Part shown: piece after piece, positions 54,711-64,000 of the stretch
Layout: every line of letters starts with the position of its first letter
Position numbering within the stretch: the stretch's first letter is position 1
NCBI RefSeq assembly: GCF_009914755.1
Contig: NC_060930.1
Length of the DNA: 64,000 nucleotides
Reading direction: 5' to 3' (one strand)
DNA from: the human T2T-CHM13v2.0 reference genome, Homo sapiens
Made by a program: the position numbers and the translations under genes
Notes under the pieces: model-generated
Database searches by the model: none
The model's input: the letters and a program-made list of their open reading frames with translations, nothing else
What the model was told of the DNA's origin: nothing

Positions 54711-56569
54711 ACAAAGTAGATATAAGGGAAGTTCATATGCAAATGCAGGCATGCCTGAAGTCTTAAAGAATGGAGCTTCAATGCTTGAACCTCATTTTCT
54801 CTGTGGAAAATAGTTGCAAATGTAAGAGAATATGCACATCTGAGTTACAAAAAGTTAGACATTATGTAGATTATAGTAATAAATGTGGCAATATTATTGA
54901 GGAAAACAGTTTTCTAATGTAAAGCCAGCATTTGGGGGAAGATAGAAGAGAGAAAATGCAGGAAGTATTTTTAGAAAGTCAAAATGAAGAACAACACAGA
55001 AAATGTCTGTACCCAAAGGAGGGTGCATATAAATAATTCCATGATTACCCATAATTTGGGGTTTTGGTACAAAGTCTTTCCCTTCTATTCTCTCTAATCT
55101 TCATAAGAAATCAGATAAACTGAATTCCATTTTCTGCAGGCAGAATACTGGCATTTACTTGCATCGTCTCATGGTCAGAGCTAACTTATCATGATCTCAG
55201 CCATGTGCCAGTCATGCTGTAGGTCAAAAGGAAGTGAATAAAAGAAGACAGAAGTATCTCAAAGAGATTGTATGGCAAGAAAGAGTTTTTAAAGGAGAGT
55301 AAGATACTATCCTCCTTCACATGACTAGCTCCTGGTTTTCAAAACCCCTGCTTTTTTTTTTTTTTTTTTTTCTTTCGCTTTCAATATCATGATCAGGGAT
55401 CTTATTCATAACACTGACTTTGTGTACACACTCTACTCTGTCACTTCTTGTATTCCTTTATCGTTGTTTATTTTATCTGCAGTAGCTAAGATAATGTAGG
55501 TACTCAAGTATTTTCAACCCTTTGGTTGAATTCCCCAACGGAGCAACGAGATTATGAAGTGACTAGATGATTCAGTTGAATTAAAAAAGAATATTTGGCT
55601 GTGGATTTGATCAAAATGCTTACACAACTTTATCATCATTTAAATACCATTCTCAAAATGGCAATTGGTAGAAGTGTTTATGTTGTGAGAATCCTAGAAA
55701 ATCAAAGGAGGGAGTTACTGAAGTGAGAGTGGTCAGCAAAAGTGTGTCAAGTAATTCAAGTTGCCCAGATCTTGGTATTCTAATTTAAAAAGAAAAGAAG
55801 AAGAACTCCAGAGATTTCAAGGCAAAAGTGACAATTAGTGGTAGCAACACCTTTGGGAATTTACTGCCTAAAATCTCCTCTTTTGAAGCCCGTGTCTCTC
55901 TCTGCATAATAAAAGTGTACTCTGCAGCTCCTCCCCTGACCACCATGGGCAGGCCCTCAGAAGCTTATTCTGAATCAGATCACAGGGTTGTACACGATCT
56001 GAATGTAGCCGTCAGCTACGGACTACAGGACTTCTGCAGGAAAAAAAAAAAAACTGTGTCAAATAGGCGGATTCAAGGTAAAGAAATGGCTGTCTTCCTT
56101 CCCTTGTCCCAAAAAAGTATTTTCTTTTCTTTTCCAGTTTTGATCATTAGGTTAATCTACTGGAAAATTAATATGTGTTCTATATTTCAAGTATAGAAAA
56201 ATGACCTTTTTTAGTTGTTCACAGCTGCAACTGTGAGAAGCTGAAATTAATATTGTTGCTAAATGTGGCCATGAGCTGGAAAAATGCCAGTGCTTCTATA
56301 TAAGGGCACAAAGCCTCCTCTCTTGGAAAAGAGTGTGGCAGCTGCTCAATCCATTTCCCCAAAGGACAAGTGAATTTTAAAGTGACTCCCCACAATTTGA
56401 GCACGTAAACATTTTGTGTGAATCTCCATTATCCTTAATATGTACCTGTGAACTTTGGGGATAGACAAACAGGTCTGTACTCATTATGCTTCCTGAGAGT
56501 TGAATTGCCAGCCAAGACTCTACCTGAGTTGAACAGAAAAACCAGACCACACTGGAAACTTGAATATCT

Positions 56570-57022
56570 ACGCACCTGCACAAAAGAACACATCTGTGAT
56601 TCTGCAGGATAGAGCACACCTGGCCCACACAGTATAGTACACCTGGGATTATGTTTAACATAGCACACCTGGGACTATGCACACCTGGGAGCATGCACAC
56701 TATAATAGGCTTTGCAATCAGCACAACATAGCCTACCTGGGAAGCTGATCACTTTGGAATCTGAAGACCTAGGAACCAAAAGCCATAGCACACCTGGGAG
56801 CCTGTATACCCTAGCACACCTGGGAACTTACACCACTGGGAAACTGCACACCATAGCATACCTGGAAACATGCACAATTGAGCCCCTGTACACCTGAAAA
56901 CCTGAACACCATAGAATATCTGGGAGCATATACAACGAAGCGCACCTGGGAAGCTGCTCAGCATCACACACATGGACACTATGGCACACTATAGCACACC
57001 TCTGAATTTGCACACCTAGGGG
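56570..57022. repeat. Degenerate tandem array built on (cata)gcacacctggga, unit roughly 16-27 bp
   Basis: Motif recurs more than a dozen times with irregular spacing. Confidence 0.85.
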
Positions 57023-57949
57023 CTGATCCTTCCCCCGTTACTCCAGGAGCCTTGCCAACAGTGATGAACTGAGGAGACTTTGTTCACTCACTTCATCAAG
57101 GAGAATTAGATTTAGCCAGAAAAGTAGACAACTGGCCACAAGTTTGGGTCCGTACATTTCTCTGCAATGAAAGGCATGGGTCAGGAGAGGGAACGGTATT
57201 AAATATCTCCTGTATTCCCTGAAAAAGAGCAGAACAAGTCCCTCAGATATCAACCAAGGAGGGATTAGAGTGCCAATTCTCTCTAAGTCCCCCTTGGTCG
57301 ATCATACACAGTGCATAGTACATAGATACCCTGATTCCAAAGTGTCTGATTTCACATCAGCACTTAACTAATTTTAATCATCATCTCTCTTCCAAATGTA
57401 ATTATGCATCCTAGACTTCCTTTCCCTTTTTAAAAAATATTCCTTCTCAGTAGACCCCACAGCATCCCTGCCCTGACCCCGCATGCCTTCCACCCCCACC
57501 TCCTGTCAGCACGCGCTGCACCAGCAGCCATACCCCACAATGGAACAGCTGACCGCACTGGGGCCTTTCCGCAACTGCATGGTGGAGATTGTTTTTAACC
57601 TGTATATGTAAGGTTTGCATGTAGAGTGCAAGGGCACGCACGACTGGTAGTGAGCAAGTACAACTTGGTGTGATTCTGTTGGTAAAGAGCGGCCACCCCA
57701 AGCTCCCCTAGTCCCCTTCACTATGACTCTCCTCCTCCAAAACTGGATTGCATCATGATCCAGCCGCTGGAAAGGACACCCCTGGCCCAGTCTGGTCTGA
57801 AGAGCCTGCATCAGACCACTGCCAACATCCATCTATACAGATTTTCTGCATTCAGCCCTAGGGGTCGTTAAACATCTGAATGCTGCATAAACCCTGCCTC
57901 TGTTTCTGCATCTTTGGCTTAATCTTCACTTCTGCCCATTCACTCCAAT

Positions 57950-58550
57950 AAGATCACCCTATCAAAATCCTCCTTTGTCCACCGCAGGCCCCAGATTCTT
58001 TCTTTCTTGTCTTAGCTGACCACCAAGCATATATTATAAACTGGTCTTCTCCTTACCTCTTGACGTCCTCTCTTTACTATGCATAATTATGCCCCAGTTA
58101 GTTGATGTTACTGGCACTTGTTCTCCTTCTAATTTGCATGACTGTCTTCTTTCTCCCCCTTAAATATTGGAATAACTCATGGTTATCTCTTCAGGCGCTT
58201 TCTCCTCTTTCACCTTGAAGCCTCTTCTTCTTCCATGACTTCAACTTCAGATTAATGACTCACAAATATCTCTCTTTAGTTCAGAATTCCCTCTAAGCCT
58301 TGGTCCTAGATGCCTATTAATATCAATTCTGATTGCCTCCAGAGCTCCTGAAATTCCACATGTTCCAAATTTATATGCCTCATTTCCTTTTCAACTTTGC
58401 TCTTTGTCCTTCGTTCCATATGGTAATGACATTCACCAAGTTATTCTAATCAGAAGCCTAGAGTTCATCTTAGTCCTTTCCCTCTCCCTTACTCTATGAA
58501 TCCAAACATCAACTATGGTCCGACGATTCTTTCTCTTGAACATTATTCAC
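57950..58550 (+). mobile_element. L2 fragment
   Basis: ttccatgacttcaact...atgactcacaaatatctc...tcagaagcctagagttcatcttag. Confidence 0.6.
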
Positions 58551-58574
58551 AGAAGCACTCTCACAGCCTTCTTT

Positions 58575-59000
58575 ACTGTTACAGATTATGTTCCCCAAAG
58601 TTAATACTAAGAAAAAAAATTAGGTATAAGTACTTTATGTTGGAGAAATCAGAGGTGGAAAAGAGAGACAGGGAAGGAAGGTAGCCAATAACACATGTGC
58701 GATCAATCAAGTCATCACTGTGAGTAACTGGAGGCGATTCCCAAGAGTCAAAAAGTCAAGAAAGCTGGGAGCTGTCTCCACTGTGGACTAGAAATCAAGC
58801 TCTTCTTTGGGGCAGGAAAAGCCACTGTGACATGGCTTATGGCCTTGGCTCCTCTCTCACCCATTACAGGGTTCCCATGCCCAGTGTAAGCCTTAGAGCA
58901 GGCAAAATTCACGGTCCCCTCGTCTGCCCCAGCTGCTGTTCCAGCTGTTCCAAGCCCCAGTATTGCATCTACATTGACAATGTAGATGAGACTGCTCAAC
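58575..59000 (-). mobile_element. Old ERVL-type LTR (LTR33-like)
   Basis: gagacagggaaggaagg.agccaata...cactgtgagtaactggag resembles LTR33/LTR16-class LTRs. Confidence 0.45.
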
Positions 59001-59321
59001 AGATGCCTTCTCAATAATGCTCTTTCTCATTCTAGAGGCAAAATTGCATAGATCCTCACTTCTGCTTCTACTTTTATCTCTGGAGATGTCTATTCAAGGA
59101 GCTATGTTACTTTTTTTTTTTTTCTGCTCTGTTTCTCCCACTAGACTGTGATTCTTTCTGTGAGGGGTCCAGGGCAGAGCCATCTTTCTCTGCAGCACTG
59201 GCACAGGGCCTGCAAGTGTCTGGACCATGGCTGTGTGTGTGTGGGCGTGGGAGACTACGGAGCTGAGGAGCAAAAAAGGAAGCTATGATGTTATTTAATT
59301 TTGAAGCTTCTAGTGAGTAGC

Positions 59322-59343
59322 GTGTGTGTGTGTGTGTGTGTGT
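59322..59343. repeat. (GT)11 microsatellite
   Basis: Seen directly. Confidence 0.95.
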
Positions 59344-61074
59344 ATCTGCATGCACGAATGTGGATGTGCAGAGGAAGGGTAATTAAATGTCTGATGCAAT
59401 TTAGCACCATTCCTTTCCTTTCATTTTTCCGTTTTTGCTCTCTGAATTGATAGCACACAGTTGGCCTAAACCCTGTATTAAGCATTTCTGATGGTTTTGG
59501 CAGGTTTCCTGGTGAAGTACCAGATGTGCAGGTATCGGAATAGGGACTGCCAGCTTATATCCGTGGAGAAATGAGCGAGCCTATAAAATTCACACCTCTA
59601 AAATGACAAAAATAGGTATTTTATTTTTTATGAGACTATTTTCATGCGTATATGGATATTGACAAAGGGGTCAGCAAATAACTACTGAAAAGCAGGGTAA
59701 GTAGCAAGCAGTTTTAATAGACAGATATAATATCTTAGATTTGAAAGTGAATCTGATTACAGACTATATTTCTAACCATATCATTGTCACCTCTGCCACT
59801 TTCTTTTAATATACAGATTTTTTTTTGCATCTCCTTCATCACAAACATCTACACTGCTCTCCAATAGTCAACATAATATTTTTGGAAGCATAGACTTTTA
59901 GTTGGTAAAAGGCTTGGTTACAGAAAACACAGAGGGCCTGGATCTCTACTGCAACCACCTTCTTTCCACTGCCTCCTCCAACCCTGGGCCTCATGTGTCC
60001 CTGGATGAATCTCCCATGAATTCTAACTATAGGAGAGGGGATAACAACGAGCAGGAAGGAGATATTTTATTTTTATACCTGCTGCCAGTAGATTGCTACT
60101 CACATTGCTCTGTAAAAAAAAAAAAAAAAAATGTGTTTACAAATGCATCATTATACGGCAGATCTTAAGTTGCACACTATTAGCTGTTACTATTGACTAT
60201 ATTGTCAGAGCAGTGCTGCTGCCCGGGAAAGGTCAGGTCTTTTCATTTGTGTTTTTTATGTGATGAATAACAAATAATGAACCACATAATTTATTGGGCT
60301 ACTGTGATTTCTTTCTTATATCTGCAGAATAGTTACCAGTTTTATACTTTCTTTGCTGACATCAGACACATCAGTTCATAGCTATTTCATTTTTCAATCC
60401 CAGAAAGGAGATATGATTGGGAAAATTACTGCTCAGAAGAACAACTGCAAGCAAATTATATTGCTTGTGCAAATCTTCACATGTTATCTCATGCCTTTAG
60501 CCAAAAGCTGAAAGACATGTTGGCTCTGATAACAGGAGTACAGGTCATCAATGGATCTTGGAGGTGTCAAGTAATAGCCTCTTCCATTTCCACACACATC
60601 AGGGGCTCCAGTTGGTCTGAAGATGACAAACAGAAGTACTGCACTTTCTCTACTTAGCAGTTCACTGGCTAAAGAAAGGTGTTAACCATAAGCCAGGAGA
60701 AGAAAAACAGCAATCGTAATGTGGGGCCATTAACTCTTGACCTCCTAGGGAAGCATTATGATGCCAAGGCAGGTTTAAGTCAAAACATTCTTGGCAGATA
60801 ATCACCCACTCACCAGGCACGTGTGTGTGAGCCACACCTACTGCTTCCAGGAGCCACACCAGCACACCAAGACCTCTTCTCCAGCTCACAGATAGCCTGT
60901 GACTTTGGATATGGGTAAGCAGGGTGCAGGAAGTTGCTAAATCGTCATGAGGCCCTGGACTTCACAAAAAAAACAAAGCATATAATTCTGAAGGTTCTAG
61001 CAGAAGAGATCTTTGGGAACGGAAATATTAGTGAAAAGAAAATGGTCTCTCAGGGTTGTTGCAATAATTAAACA

Positions 61075-63655
61075 AGAATGTTACATGTGGCTATTTAAAG
61101 CAAATAACAAGTTATATTTGATTGCTTAAATATATACTCTCACTCCACCCTCTCCACATTTAAAAATTTTGATGTCACAATTTATATTTTTAAATTTTAT
61201 TTCTTAAGAAATTATTATAACTCTTATTGGTTTTGATGGTTTTGTCTTTTAACATTCACACTAAATATATGAAGGACAACTGCAAGACAGCTTTGTCTTG
61301 TTCAGTATTCTTGGTTGACAGTTTTGTATTGCTTTTTTTCCTTCAGTCCGTTGAGTATATCTTCCCACTCTCTCCTGGCTTATAAAGTCTCTGTTGATGA
61401 ATTCTCTGCTGGCCTTATTAGAACTCTATTATATGCTATTTGCTTCTTTTCTTTTGCTGCTTTTAGGAACCTCTCTTTGTTTTTGATTTCTGACAGATTG
61501 ATTACAACATATTTTGGTGTAAGTCTTACTTGGACTGAATCTGATTAGAGACCTTTGACATTCTTGTATCTGAATATTTGTATCTCCAAATTTGGGGAGT
61601 TTTCTGCTATTATTTCTTTAGTAAGCTTTCCTTTGTTTTTCTCTTCTCTTTCAAAAACTTCTATAACTCCAATATTTGCTCTTTTGATGCTGTCCCATGC
61701 ATCCCATAACCTTTCTTCATTTTATTTAATTTTTTTTTATTCTGACTATATATTTTTCAATAACCTGTATCAAGTTCACAGATTATTTCTTTTGCTTGGT
61801 CAACTCTTCTGTTTCTGTTCTCCATTGCATTTTAAAAAGTTTATCCTTTGTATTTTTTTAGCTCCAGAATGTCTATATGATTTATTAAATAATTTCAATC
61901 TTTCTGTTAAATTTCCCATTTTGGACTTTTGTTGCTTTCCTGATTTTATGAAGTTTTTTTCTCTCTATTTTCTTGAAGTTCACTGAACCACTTTAAAACA
62001 ACTATATTCAATTTTTATCAGGCAGATTGTATATCTCCATTTCTTTTGGATCATCTTCTGAGAAGTTATTGTGTTCAATTGGTGATACCATGTCTCTTTG
62101 GCTTTTTATGTATTTATTGCCTTACATTATTGCCTGTGCATTTGAAGAAGTAGGAAATTATTTTAGTCTTTGTATAGGGCTTTGTCCAAGAAAGACCTTT
62201 ACTTGTCAGCCTATCCAGATATTCCTGGCAGGTGGTTTGGCATAGTCTAAGAATGGGCTTGCTACTAGAATCATCAGGCAGGCTGGCCTGGTGCCTGGGT
62301 TAAGTAGGTGGATAGACCTGGCACCTGGGTTTGTGGAGTTGGGTCTGGAACCTGGGTTCAGGAGAGTGAGTCTGGATCCTTTATCCATGGAGGTCAGTCT
62401 GAAGCCTGGATCTACAGGGGCTGATCTTATAATGGGGTAATCCTTGAGCCTGAATCTGCAAGGGTAGTAACGCTCTTAGATGGGCACCAGGGTTAACTGT
62501 GATGGATCTGGCACCTGGGTCCATGGGTGCTGGTCTGGTGCTGAGCTGGGCTTCATTCCTGTGACCACTGAGATAAGCCTGAAGCCAGAGTCCGTGTACC
62601 ATGTACCCAAGTTCTGAGTCCTGGTACATGCAAGCTGGCCTGGAGCCTAATTCTACAGAAGTAGTCTTGGAACTTCAGTCCACAGGGTCCAGCCTGTTAC
62701 CAGGGTCTATTGAGGTAGGCCTGGACCGTGGGTCCTCTAAAGTTTGGAGCAATGAGGACTGCCCTGAATTTGGGGTCAGCCTCCAGCAAGGGCTGGCATG
62801 GAATCTGGGCCCATGAGGGCTGGTCTGGTACCTAAGACCACAGGCATTAACCCGGTGCCTGGAGCCATTAGGGCTGGCCTGGAGTCTGGAGACCGGGTCC
62901 ATTGGTGTTGGCATTGAAGTGAGGGCTGGCCTGGGTCCTGAGTCTTCAGGGGCCAGCCTGGGACCTGGGAACACAGGGGTGGTCCTGGAACCTGGGTCCT
63001 TGGAGGACTTTCCAGTTCTAGACAGCTTTTTACCCTGGTCTGCTGGAGCAGGCCCGGAACCTGGGTCTGCTGGATTGTGGGGCTGCAGGGGCCAACCTGT
63101 AGTGTGGGCTGTGGGGACCTTCCTGGCCCTTGGGAGTCCTGGAGCCTGTGTCTATGGGTGTTCACCTGCTTTTTGAGGCCAAGGGTGCCACGAGGGCAGG
63201 CCTGAAGCCTGGGGCCTCAGGAGCTGGCTTGGCACCGGGGGTCATTGATACTCTATCTGTAGGGACTAGCCTGGAGGCTAGGCCTTTCGGTGACAAACTA
63301 ATGTCTAGAGTCACGCTGGCCAGCCTGGTGCTGGGGAGGGCCTGAATCCTGAGGCTGTGAGGGCTAGCTCAGTGCTAGGGCTCACCCAAAGACTGACTTT
63401 ACAGGGCATCCCTGGAACCTGATGCTGCAGAATCCTGGCTGGTCCCAGGGCAGGCTTGGAGGCTGAGTTCACAGATACCAGCCTGGAGTCATGGGCTTCA
63501 AGGGAAGCCTGGCACTGGGCAGCCTGCAGCCTATATTTACAAGAGCCAGCCTAGAGGCTAGGTCTGTGGGTGCCTGATGATTAGGGCTGCAAGAGTTGGC
63601 CTTGTGGGTGGGTATGGTGGGGCTGCCCAGAGACCAAGTGTGACTCACAGGCACA
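61075..63655 (-). mobile_element. L1M (L1MA/L1M1-M3-type) ORF1 and GC-rich repetitive 5' region
   Basis: Antisense ORF1 (cccactctctcctggcttataa.gtctctg.tga; tttggggagttttctgctattatttc) grading into degenerate ggcctggagcctgggtcca repeats at 62280-63650. Confidence 0.8.
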
Positions 63656-63905
63656 AATCATATCTTTTAAAAGCAAATTTTAGAAAATTAACCATATAAA
63701 ATCTGCGAGCCAAAAGTGATTCAAAGAAATAATACTGAAAATTAAGTGTCTGTGATACTGTAAAAACTGAAAATTAGCCAGTCTGTGATTAAATTAGGTC
63801 AAAATCTAAAAAGTTAACTGGAGGAAAAAATCAATATCTAGAAATTAATAAATTATGTTTATAACACATACCAAAGATATATCTTAGGTTAAAATCAGTA
63901 AACAC

Positions 63906-64000
63906 GGCCAGGAGTGGTGGCTCATGCCTGTAATCTCAGGACTTTGGGAGGCCAAGGCAGGCAGATCACTAGGTCAAGAGATCGAGACCATCCTGGCCAA
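63906..64000 (+). mobile_element. AluSc-like, cut by window end
   Basis: ggccaggagtggtggctcatgcctgtaatc...ggtcaagagatcgagaccatcctggccaa. Confidence 0.93.

Noticed and set aside
55513-55530. Hairpin ttcaacc-cttt-ggttgaa
   Set aside because: A 7-bp stem is expected by chance in 64 kb
61315-61986. Hydrophobic Phe/Leu-rich ORFs resembling membrane proteins
   Set aside because: T-rich antisense strand of L1 ORF1

Overview
Repeat-rich primate (probably human) intergenic or deep-intronic DNA. I recognise no intact protein-coding gene or RNA gene. The supplied ORFs that I can assign are chance ORFs or fragments of Alu, L1 or ERV-L. The largest element is a decayed ERV-L provirus (~17.6-23.7 kb: gag, pro, RT with YIDD, RNase H, integrase, dUTPase, no env, MLT2-type LTRs). 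It is interrupted by an MLT1A-type LTR, and its left LTR is inverted. Also present: seven Alus, two L1PA insertions with target-site duplications (TSDs), many old L1M/L2/MIR fragments, THE1/MLT1/MER4 solo LTRs and Tigger/hAT DNA-transposon relics. The most interesting non-routine structures are: (1) a ~630-bp self-complementary 20-bp minisatellite with higher-order structure, apparently grown out of an L2; (2) the inverted-LTR junction of the ERV-L; (3) a twin-primed L1PA with an unusually large internal gap; (4) a degenerate array with nine co-oriented CACCTG motifs; (5) several near-perfect short tandem duplications, one doubling an Alu B-box. Subfamily names come from remembered consensus sequences and need RepeatMasker/Dfam confirmation. 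Boundaries of old repeats are approximate. I found nothing that I can establish as a new biological system.
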